40,000 bases of DNA from Actinomycetes bacterium (GTDB lineage: Bacteria; Actinomycetota; Coriobacteriia; Coriobacteriales; JAEZZM01). The stretch spans positions 41,344 to 81,343 of the forward strand of contig JAEZZM010000044.1 of the NCBI GenBank assembly GCA_023418575.1. The letters run 5' to 3'. Of the stretch, positions 18,765-27,078 are shown one piece after another (positions within the stretch are counted from its first letter, which is position 1; the number at the start of each line of letters is the position of its first letter). The notes beneath the pieces were generated by a model that had not been told where the DNA came from, searched no databases, and was given only the letters and a program-made list of their open reading frames with translations. The position numbers and the translations under genes are program-made.

Positions 18765-20225
18765 TTAGGCCAACCATATAGATGCTATAGCACTTGACGC
18801 TACAGCCATGATCCCTAATACAACAAATACAATCTTCATACTTGTAGGCACGGGGCTTGCCGAGGCCACCAAATCATTGGTTTCTCCTAAGACACTGCGG
18901 TTAATCCAAAGTAAAAACCATGCAAAACAAGCAACTGTTTCTGCCGCCAGCAGGCACATAAGCACAAATAAAGCCAAAGAATCATAGGCAAGTGAAAAAC
19001 CTCCCTGGAATATAAGGAATTTTGAGAAAAATCCTGAGAAAGGAGGAACACCCGCTACAGCTAGCGCAGCAATAATAAAGGCAAGACCAACTAAAGGCTG
19101 TTTTTTAATCAAGCCCTTGATCTTACTTAAGTTACGCGTTCCCATGGTATAGGAGAGGCAGCCGGCCACCAGGAAAAAGAGCGTTTTAGCAAAAGCATGA
19201 TTAAAGATATGTGAAACGCCACCTTCATATGCGGCCTGAGAGCCCAGCATGGCAATTGAAAGCGCCAAGAATATATAACTTAGCTGAGAGATAGTTGAAA
19301 AGGCTAGGAGTCGTTTCATATCTGTTTGAGGTAGATATTCAATAAATGAGAATATAAGCGTAAGCATAGCTCCCACTATACCTACCCAGGCCACTACTGG
19401 ATCTACCGTCCCTGCGCACAAAACTGCACGCGCCAACACTGCAACTCCCACTTTTACCATGGAGCCACCATGTAAATATGCAGAAACAGGAGTTGGTGCA
19501 GCCATAGCAGAAGGCAGCCACATATACAAAGGAAGTTGAGCAGACTTACCCCAGGCTGCAAACATAATGCAAAGCATTACTATACTTTTTTCTGTAGCTC
19601 CAAGCTTTGAAAGATCTGCAAGATCTAAGCTACCCAGGTTACAAAACATAAGCGCAGTAGCAACAAACATACCAAGGCTGGCAATATGGGTAAGCACTAA
19701 GGCTTTATTAGCTGCTTTTTGGGACTGCTCTGTTTCATAATATCCAATTAAGGCCCAAGAACACGCACCGGTAATCTCAAAAAATACAAGCTGAGTAACT
19801 ATAGTTGAAGCATAAGCTAAACCAGCCATAGCTCCAATAAAGCTTAAAAGCAGAGCATAAAAACGTCTGCGAGCAATGTCAGCATGTTCACGATTAGCTT
19901 CACTTAAATATGAGACAGAGTAGACTAATACCAAAAGTCCAATACCTACAAAGGCAGGAGCCAAGAGGGTTGAAAGCTTGTCAAAAATGAGTCCTATAAG
20001 GCTCATATCTCCATAAGCAATAAGGCTATAGCTTGTACTAAGTTTTCCATTAAACCAAAAACCCGATGAAACTAGGATACAAAACAGCAAACTTAAAGCT
20101 GCAGCACCAATAGAGACAGGCTGAGCAGCCCTGCGTGGAAGTACAACTATAAGCAAGGCTCCCAAAAATGGAACAACTATAGCCGCTAGAGCTAGGATAG
20201 GCATGAGATCTATCAAATTATTCAT
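18765..20225 (-). CDS. hyfD: Antiporter-like membrane subunit (HyfD, NuoL/M-like)
   Basis: The 486-aa polytopic protein carries WLPSAMAAPTPVSAYLHGGSMVKVG and FNHAFAKTLFFL motifs. Its position and length match E. coli HyfD (479 aa). Confidence 0.8.
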   Translation of the reverse strand: MNNLIDLMPILALAAIVVPFLGALLIVVLPRRAAQPVSIGAAALSLLFCILVSSGFWFNGKLSTSYSLIAYGDMSLIGLIFDKLSTLLAPAFVGIGLLVLVYSVSYLSEANREHADIARRRFYALLLSFIGAMAGLAYASTIVTQLVFFEITGACSWALIGYYETEQSQKAANKALVLTHIASLGMFVATALMFCNLGSLDLADLSKLGATEKSIVMLCIMFAAWGKSAQLPLYMWLPSAMAAPTPVSAYLHGGSMVKVGVAVLARAVLCAGTVDPVVAWVGIVGAMLTLIFSFIEYLPQTDMKRLLAFSTISQLSYIFLALSIAMLGSQAAYEGGVSHIFNHAFAKTLFFLVAGCLSYTMGTRNLSKIKGLIKKQPLVGLAFIIAALAVAGVPPFSGFFSKFLIFQGGFSLAYDSLALFVLMCLLAAETVACFAWFLLWINRSVLGETNDLVASASPVPTSMKIVFVVLGIMAVASSAIASIWLA

Positions 20226-20237
20226 ATGCTCCCACCT

Positions 20238-21170
20238 CTACATTCCAACTAAATAGAAAATGAAGGCCAGAGCGGCAACTCCAACCGAAATCCAGCTTTG
20301 ATGAGAGATGTAGCGGTATCTCACGCGGGCAACTGAATTTTCTATAAAAGAGACCAAAACAAAGATCAACAAGATTTTTATAAGTAAGATCAGCATTCCA
20401 ACTATAAAGCTCAATATGCCAGGAGTCTCTGGACTGCCAAAGGGCAGCACTAAACTTATGAAAAGAGATATCATAAGCACTTGTTTTAAACCAAGAGAAG
20501 ATTTAAGCATAGCCAAAGATGGTCCTGAGTATTCAGTTAAAGGCCCCTCTTGAAGCTCTTGCTCTGCTTCAGCAAGGTCATAAGGAAGCTTTCCTAATTC
20601 TACATATACGCAAAAGGCAAAAGCTAAAACTGCTAGCAGATAGGCCACCGGCAAAGCAATATTCCCACTAAGACTCATGGCGCTGATATGCATCAAGGAG
20701 GTTGAGCCAGCCAAAAGGCTTAAAACTACCAAAGAGAGCATAAGAGCAGGTTCAACTAGACTAGCAACTAGAAGCTCTCGCACGCCTCCCAGACCTGCAA
20801 ATGAACTTGCAGAATCGAGTGAGGCTACGCAAAAGATAAAGCGTGGAACTGCTAAAAGGTAGATGAAGGTAATAAGCTCAGCTAAAAAGGGAAGCGGGCT
20901 TATTGATCCAATTAAGGGTAAGATCATTGCAGCTACAAAATATGAAGCTAAAAAGACTACCGGCATTGATCTAAAAACAAATCCTGCCTCTTTTGGCCAG
21001 ACATCCTGGCGTGAAAAGAGCTTGAAAAAGTCCCTATAGTCCTGCAAGACAGATGGACCTTTGCGTGTATGAATTTTGGCCCTCAGCTTTCGTGAAAGTC
21101 CCGTAAATAAGGGGGCAACTAAGAGCAAAATCAGTGCCTGAGCTGCGGCATAAATTATATTAGTCAACAT
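20238..21170 (-). CDS. hyfC: Membrane subunit HycD/HyfC (NuoH-like)
   Basis: The 310-aa polytopic protein has a conserved ELGKLPYDLAEAEQEL...GPLTEYSG loop typical of NuoH/HycD. Confidence 0.85.
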   Translation of the reverse strand: MLTNIIYAAAQALILLLVAPLFTGLSRKLRAKIHTRKGPSVLQDYRDFFKLFSRQDVWPKEAGFVFRSMPVVFLASYFVAAMILPLIGSISPLPFLAELITFIYLLAVPRFIFCVASLDSASSFAGLGGVRELLVASLVEPALMLSLVVLSLLAGSTSLMHISAMSLSGNIALPVAYLLAVLAFAFCVYVELGKLPYDLAEAEQELQEGPLTEYSGPSLAMLKSSLGLKQVLMISLFISLVLPFGSPETPGILSFIVGMLILLIKILLIFVLVSFIENSVARVRYRYISHQSWISVGVAALAFIFYLVGM

Positions 21171-21181
21171 ACTAAACCCCC

Positions 21182-23290
21182 TTACACAACTATTACTAAG
21201 ACTATAAAGGCAATGAGGGCAAGCACTATATAAAGGGTGTAGCTTCTAAAATCTCCTGAAGCTAATTTTTGAAGCTTTTTGCTTGCCATACTGGTAAGAG
21301 ATACGGTTTTATCGACCAAGTGGATATCAGCCAATGGTTCCAAATCTCGCGCTGCCTTATCAGTTGCATTAAAAGCTTGCTTTGCATATGAGGCATATGA
21401 AGCAAGATGCTCTCTTAAGGTATAGAAAGCTGAATAAAAACTCTCTACTCCTGTAGCAAAGTTAGTAGCTCTCACTGGCATACTTTCGTCGCTTGCATAA
21501 CCACAAGCCCAAGCTTCTTGCTTTTGTTGAGCTCCTCCTTTTGAAAGCAGCTTCTTTATGAGGAAAAAGCCCAAGATACTTAAGGCCAAAAGAACTGCTA
21601 CAGCTAGAGTTGAGCTATAGGCAGGATTTAAAGGATTTACCAAACTTATAGATGTAGCAGAGCCAAAGGTATCCAGAGATGCTTGAGCCCCAAATACGCC
21701 GTGAGTCTGAAGAGCTGCAATACAAGACTCAGATACCTTATTAAAGATCTGCAAAGCCCAAGGAGCTCCCAAGCCAAATACAACACAGAGGGCCGATAAG
21801 AACAACATGGCCACTCTCATGCCTAAACTTACTTCTTGAGCCTCTTGAGCATTTTTTGATCTTGCCTCACCAGCAAAACTTACGCCATAAGCCTTAACAA
21901 AGCAGGTTAAAGCCAAAGCACCTGTTAAGGCTAGGGCTACAATGGTGAATACACAGACAACCTTTATCCAGCTATTTGAAATCATAGCTGCACTAAAAAG
22001 AGACTGATAGCTTAGCCATTCTGAGGCAAAACCATTAAAGGGTGGCAGAGCAGAAATAGATACGGCACCTATAAAGAAACATAGAGCAGTAATGGGCATG
22101 CGTTTTGACAAACCACCCAAGAGCTCTAAATTCTTGGTGTGGGTAGCAAAACTTATTGAACCTGCTCCCAAAAAGAGCAAGCCTTTAAATAATGCATGAT
22201 TAAGAAGATGGAATAAGCAGGCAACCAGGGCAAGGGCAAAAAGACTCATTACTTGCATGCTGCAGGCAAGTAATGCCACGCCCAAACCCATAAGAATTAT
22301 TCCAATATTTTCTACAGAGTGATACGCAAGAAGCCTTTTAATATCATGTTCTACGAGAGCATAAATTACACCAAGTACCGCTGAGATAGCTCCCGCCAAT
22401 AACACAAGAGCGCCCCACCAAATTTGGATCTGAGATGCTCCCAGTAAATCTAGACTCAGCTTGATTATGCCAAAGATACCAATTTTAATCATGCCACCTG
22501 ACATGAGTGCAGAAACCTGAGAAGGTGCTGCGGGGTGCGCCAAAGGAAGCCAGGAGTGAAAAGGAATCATACCTGCCTTTATACCAAAGCCAATAAAACC
22601 CAATACAAAGACGCTGGATGCCAATAGCGGACTAAAGCTGGTATTCCTTATATCTTGGAAACTCAAGGAATGAGCTTGATGGGCAAGCAGTAAAAAGCCC
22701 AGCATTATTAATACCAGACCCACATGAGCCATGATCAAATACAAAAATGCAGCCTTTTTTGAACGCTCACTTTGCTCAATACAAACCAAAAAGTAAGAAC
22801 TTAGGCTCATAAGCTCAAAAAAGATCAAGAACCAAAATACATTGTCTGCAAGAATTACCAGGTTCATGGACATGATGAATATATTCATAAAGAAGCCAAA
22901 GGAGGCAAGATTATAAGCCTTGTATTCTTCCATATACTTATAGCCAAAAAGCCATGCCGCAAGAGAGAGTATGGCTAAGACGATAAGAAGCAGAGCACTT
23001 AAAGGATTAATTAAGAGCTCAAAGGGCGCAAAGCTATAGGGACTTGCAAGATGTATGCTCTGGCTTTCGATAAGACCTTGGATTCCGCAGCCCAAGGCAA
23101 AAAGCGCTGCAATAAAACCTAAGATAGAGCTTGAGATTCTGGAAGCCTTATATGAGGTCTTATATGAAGCCGTGCATTCTTGTTGATTACCAAGCCGTGT
23201 CTGAGTTCCTGCAAACTGGAGTAACAATGAAGCCAATGCAGCAAGTGCAGAACAGATGAGCGAGGCTAAAAACAAACTCATAGCAGACAT
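21182..23290 (-). CDS. hyfB: Large antiporter-like membrane subunit HycC/HyfB (NuoL-like)
   Basis: The 702-aa polytopic protein carries WLPLAHPAAPSQVSALMSGGMIKIG and LLNHALFKGLLFLGAG. Its length and position match E. coli HyfB (672 aa). Confidence 0.85.
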   Translation of the reverse strand: MSAMSLFLASLICSALAALASLLLQFAGTQTRLGNQQECTASYKTSYKASRISSSILGFIAALFALGCGIQGLIESQSIHLASPYSFAPFELLINPLSALLLIVLAILSLAAWLFGYKYMEEYKAYNLASFGFFMNIFIMSMNLVILADNVFWFLIFFELMSLSSYFLVCIEQSERSKKAAFLYLIMAHVGLVLIMLGFLLLAHQAHSLSFQDIRNTSFSPLLASSVFVLGFIGFGIKAGMIPFHSWLPLAHPAAPSQVSALMSGGMIKIGIFGIIKLSLDLLGASQIQIWWGALVLLAGAISAVLGVIYALVEHDIKRLLAYHSVENIGIILMGLGVALLACSMQVMSLFALALVACLFHLLNHALFKGLLFLGAGSISFATHTKNLELLGGLSKRMPITALCFFIGAVSISALPPFNGFASEWLSYQSLFSAAMISNSWIKVVCVFTIVALALTGALALTCFVKAYGVSFAGEARSKNAQEAQEVSLGMRVAMLFLSALCVVFGLGAPWALQIFNKVSESCIAALQTHGVFGAQASLDTFGSATSISLVNPLNPAYSSTLAVAVLLALSILGFFLIKKLLSKGGAQQKQEAWACGYASDESMPVRATNFATGVESFYSAFYTLREHLASYASYAKQAFNATDKAARDLEPLADIHLVDKTVSLTSMASKKLQKLASGDFRSYTLYIVLALIAFIVLVIVV

Positions 23291-23292
23291 GC

Positions 23293-23919
23293 TTACACCT
23301 CCTTATCTTGCTCAAACTGCACAGGAACAGAGCTTTGGGAGGCCTGCTGCTTCATTCCCTCTACAACGCTTGCAATTTCTAAGGCAGTATCTTCTTTTCT
23401 TTGCCTATTTACCAGCTCCATGTTTTGAGTATCAATTAAAACAATGGCATCTGTAGGGCAGACCCGTATGCAATTGGGCCCTCTCTCATCGAAATAGCAA
23501 AGGTCACACTTAACGGCAGCAGTATGTACACCTATCTCCCAATTAAGCAAAGGCGAGATAGCTTTTGAGTACTGAGGAGTTGGTGTTGCCATACCCGCAA
23601 CGCCCGTAATAGCAGTACCAAAGGGATGTATAGCACCAAAGGGACAAATCAAAGCACAAAGCTTGCAGCCTATGCAGTTTTTCTCATCAATTTGAATGTG
23701 ATCGCCCGTCTGCTTAATAATGCCCACGGGACATACCTCAGCACAGGGAGAACCTTCGCAGTGGTGACAGGCTGAGACAACCGAAACCATCTTTGTTTCT
23801 ATAACATCAAGACGTGGTGCAGCCTGAAGACCCTGAGCAAAATGCGCACTTGAACATGCAATTTTACAAGTTCCACAACCAATGCACTGTTTTGAGTTTC
23901 CAATAATAAAGCGGTTCAT
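23293..23919 (-). CDS. hyfA: Multi-[4Fe-4S] electron-transfer subunit HycB/HyfA
   Basis: It starts MNRFIIGNSKQCIGCGTCKIAC, the same opening as E. coli HycB/HydN-family proteins. It has four Cys clusters, including CIGCKLCALICP and VKCDLC...CIRVCP. Confidence 0.8.
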   Translation of the reverse strand: MNRFIIGNSKQCIGCGTCKIACSSAHFAQGLQAAPRLDVIETKMVSVVSACHHCEGSPCAEVCPVGIIKQTGDHIQIDEKNCIGCKLCALICPFGAIHPFGTAITGVAGMATPTPQYSKAISPLLNWEIGVHTAAVKCDLCYFDERGPNCIRVCPTDAIVLIDTQNMELVNRQRKEDTALEIASVVEGMKQQASQSSVPVQFEQDKEV

Positions 23920-23929
23920 CTTAAGACCC

Positions 23930-26176
23930 CTATACCTGTAGCGGTTCGATAAGCTCTCTGCTTACTTCCTGCTGTCTTATCTGCTCATCAAGAGCATCTT
24001 CTCCAAAGGGAAGATCTTGTGCTGAAGCCTTTTTGCTGAGACGAGTTTTTAGTTCAACTAAAAGTTCTTGCAGGTGATTTTCTGCCCAGACCTGATCGGC
24101 AATTGGCTCAAGCTGAACAGCACAGTACTTATATTCTGGTGTCTTAGTGATTGCGGATACAAAGTGCCCCGTAAGTTCATTGCAGGCACCAATCCACCAC
24201 TGATAGGTCATATATACACAACCCTTATTTGCGCGTTCAGATACACGAGCTCTTACTAAAACCTTGCCTCTGCGGCTAAAGATATATAGAAGCTCTTCAT
24301 TTCTAATACCGTATCGTTGTGCGTCCTCTGGATTTATAACAAGATATCCAGGCTCTTCTGCAAGATTGTTAAGAGCAGTGCAGTTACCTGTCATAGAGCG
24401 ACATGAGTAATGTCCCACCTCACGCACTGTTGAAAGAATGAGCGGATATTCCTCATCAACAGGTTCAAAGGGTGGTAAGTAATCTGCTGCAAAGAGCACG
24501 CCTTTACCGCTTGGAGTCTCAAATTTGCGCTCATTATTTGCATACAAATAAGGTGTTCCTGTTTCGGCACCCTCAAGCATGGGCCACTGAGCAAAGCCCA
24601 AACCCTCCATCTTTTCGTAAGTTGCGCCTGCAAAGAGTGGACAAAGCTCTCTAAGCTCATCCCAGATCTCTTTGGTATTCTCCCAATGCATGGGGTATCC
24701 CATTTTTTGAGCTACTCTTGAGATAATCTCCCAATCATCTAAGCTCTCATAGAAGTTTGGTAAGGCCTTACCTGAGCGTTGGAAGCCTCTATCACAGCTT
24801 GAATATACGCACTCATGCTCTCCCCAAGAAGTTGCTGGGAAGATAACATCTGCATAGCTTGCAGTTTCAGTCATAAAGATATCCTGAGAGATCATAAAAT
24901 CAAGATTCTTAAGCATCTTTCTAACTGTTGATAGGTCAGGCTCAGTATGAGCTGGATCTTCTCCCATGCACCAGAATGCATGAACTACACCATCTTCAAC
25001 TAAATGAGGAAGATCAGTAAGCATAAAGCCGTTTTCCAGGCTCATGTGCTCCTCATCAACACCCCAGCGTTTTGCAAATTTTGCCCTAATAGCAGGATCT
25101 GTGACTGGCTGATATCCCGGGTACACATTGGGCAGACAACCCAAATCACAAGAGCCCTGTACATTATTTTGTCCGCGCACAGGGTTTACACCAACATTGG
25201 GTTTACCCAGGTTTCCTGTGATAAGTGCCAAGGAAGCAAGACCTCTAACTACCTCTACACCCTGTCTCCATTGAGTAACACCCATGCCCCAGCAGATTGT
25301 TGCTGTCTCTGCCTGAGCATACATGCGTGCAGCAGCCCTAATATCTTCTGCTTTAAGGCCTGTAATTTCCTCAACAGACTCAGGTGGGTAGTTTTTAATA
25401 ACATCCCAGTAGGCGTCCCAGTTTTCACAATACTTATCTATAAATTCTTGATCCTGTAAGCCCTCTGTAATAATGGTATAAGCCATGGCATTTACGAGAG
25501 GGATATTTGAACCGTTTTTAAGCTGTAAATATAGATCTGAAATGCGCGCGGTTTCTATAACGCGAGGATCACAAACTATGATTTTTGCGCCATTATTTTT
25601 AGCATTTACCACATGTTTTGCAACAATGGGATGAGAATCAGCAGCATTATATCCAAAGACCAAAAGACATTTAGTGTTATCTATTTCACAGACTGAATTA
25701 GACATTGCACCATTACCGAGTGAAGCCGAGAGACCGGCCACTGATGGAGCGTGTCAAACACGAGCACAGTTATCAATATTATTTGTGCCCACCACCGCTC
25801 TAATGAATTTCTGCATAGCCCAGTTTGACTCATTACCACAACCACGAGAAGAACCGGTTACATACACAGCATTTTTGCCATACTTTTTAATAAGCTCTTG
25901 CAGTTTTGAAGCAGTAAACTCTATTGCTTCATCCCAAGAAACACGCTCAAGCTCGCTATCTTTAGTTCTTCTGATCATTGGATACTTTAAGCGTGGGGTT
26001 AAGATCTTAGTATCATTTATAAAATCAAAGCCGTAGTAACCCTTTAAGCAAAGATCTCCCCCGTTATTAACGCCATTTAAGGGTTCAACCGCAATAGCCT
26101 TACCATCTTCAGTAAGCAAATTCATCTTACAGCCCGTACCACAATACGGACATACCACGATAGTTTTTTCTACCAT
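23930..26176 (-). CDS. fdhF: Formate dehydrogenase H catalytic subunit, selenocysteine-containing (one gene; the track splits it at an in-frame TGA at 25756..25754)
   Basis: The N-terminal ORF ends ...GTNNIDNCARV-TGA. The same frame continues HAPSVAGLSASLGNGAMSNS, reproducing the E. coli FdhF Sec140 context (NNVDCCARV-U-HGPSVAGL). It also has the N-terminal CPYCGTGC Fe-S motif and full-length collinearity with FdhF, including VREVGHYSCRSMTGNC and TKTPEYKYCAV. Confidence 0.95.
25712..25756 (-). promoter_or_regulatory. Sec UGA codon (25756..25754) plus a candidate bacterial SECIS hairpin (25742..25719)
   Basis: The mRNA reads UGA CAC GCU CCA UC-AGUGGCCG-GUCUCU-CGGC-UU-CACU. An AGUG/CACU plus GCCG/CGGC stem begins 11 nt after the UGA, and its apical loop starts GGUC, as in the E. 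coli fdhF SECIS as I recall it. I folded it by eye only. Confidence 0.5.
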
Positions 26177-26187
26177 GTTTTCCTCCC

Positions 26188-26736
26188 CTATGCCAAAAGC
26201 TCTTGTCCCACATGAATTGGATCAAGTACTTTTAGCTCCCCGTTCCTGTAGAGATCCTCTACCTTGTCATATTCACTTGTATTTACAATTCTTAAAGACT
26301 GAGATGGGCACACTTCTACGCAAGCTGGGCCCTGTGCTCGTGACTCACAAAGATCGCACTTTACAGGCCGAGCCTGATAAAAACTACCTAGCTGTAAATC
26401 ATTGAAAGGCACTAAGCGCTGTTCTCTAACTAAGCGTATTGAGCCACTGGGGCAAGCTGAGCAACATTCCCCGCAGCCAATGCAGAGTTCTTTATGAATG
26501 CTGATTTTATCGCCATCACTATATAAGGCATGCTGCGGACAGGCATGCGCACAGTCTGGATCAGTGCACTGTCTGCATACAACAGGAACGCTCAGTGATC
26601 TGGTTTGAACTAAGGAAATTCTTGGTTTTGGATCTGAAGTATTAAAGCAGTGAGCCATCATACAGGCAGCCATACAGGTGCCACACGAGATGCATCGCTG
26701 CTCATCTGTTAAGATGCGCCGGTGCACAAGCGTCAT
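26188..26736 (-). CDS. hydN: HydN/HycB-family multi-[4Fe-4S] ferredoxin (first gene of the FHL module)
   Basis: It has Cys clusters CISCGTCMAAC, VVCRQCTDPDCAHACP, CIGCGECCSACP and VKCDLC...CVEVCP. I prefer the ATG at 26736, preceded by AAGGGGGGGA. The track start at 26775 is a TTG. Confidence 0.7.
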   Translation of the reverse strand: MTLVHRRILTDEQRCISCGTCMAACMMAHCFNTSDPKPRISLVQTRSLSVPVVCRQCTDPDCAHACPQHALYSDGDKISIHKELCIGCGECCSACPSGSIRLVREQRLVPFNDLQLGSFYQARPVKCDLCESRAQGPACVEVCPSQSLRIVNTSEYDKVEDLYRNGELKVLDPIHVGQELLA

Positions 26737-26974
26737 AGGTCCCCCCCTTGTATCTAGTCCGTGCTCTATCCCCAAAAGAGCACAGCTCTCCCTAGCTCGA
26801 GTCTAGCGCATCTTTATAATTGCAGCAGGTAGACCCTGGTTGCGTTTTTATTTTCTTATTATTCTTTAAATAGATAATTGAGGATTTGGCTTTAGAACTT
26901 GTGACTTGAGTACAGATATTCCTAAAATTTAGAAGTGTTTATACAGCTTATAATTATTCTTAAATAAGATAGGA

Positions 26975-27004
26975 TAAAATAAGAGCCAGATTTTCATCTG
27001 GCTC
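26975..27004 (-). terminator. Rho-independent terminator ending the topA...ricT unit and insulating it from the FHL operon
   Basis: A 9-bp stem (GAGCCAGAT / ATCTGGCTC) with a 4-nt loop is followed on the minus strand by TTATTTTAT. It lies 75 nt after the ricT stop. Confidence 0.7.
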
Positions 27005-27078
27005 CAAAATATTATTAAGCGAGAAGTATTTATAGGCCTCACCAAGAGCAGACCAAGAAGCTCAACATATTTTTAAGC

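Noticed and set aside
23930-26176. fdhF appears as two ORFs separated by a stop codon, which could be read as a pseudogene or as two genes.
   Set aside because: The stop is a TGA at exactly the conserved Sec position (CARV-U-H). The frame is unchanged across it. Both parts are full-length collinear with FDH-H, and a hairpin follows the codon. I therefore interpret it as selenocysteine recoding.
11402-26775. The hyf/fdhF module could be a tRNA-Thr-associated genomic island.
   Set aside because: The module lies on the 5' side of the tRNA, whereas integrations usually target the 3' end. I saw no integrase, no direct repeat of the tRNA 3' end at the far boundary, and no obvious compositional break by eye.
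26821-26835. A sigma-54-like GG-N10-GC element (minus strand GGTCTACCTGCTGCA) lies upstream of the FHL operon, by analogy with the E. coli hyc/hyf/fdhF promoters.
   Set aside because: Only the invariant dinucleotides match; the TGGCAC and TTGCW contexts do not. No FhlA/HyfR-type enhancer-binding protein is in the window, and the inferred lineage generally lacks RpoN. This is likely chance.
26776-27078. The 300-bp AT-rich intergenic region upstream of the FHL operon could hold a riboswitch (for example a Moco RNA) or an sRNA gene.
   Set aside because: I could not recognise any known riboswitch core by eye. The only clear structures are the ricT terminator and a short AGAGC/GCTCT hairpin plus U tract at 26777..26789, just before the first gene. 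A covariance-model scan (Rfam/Infernal) would be needed to settle this.
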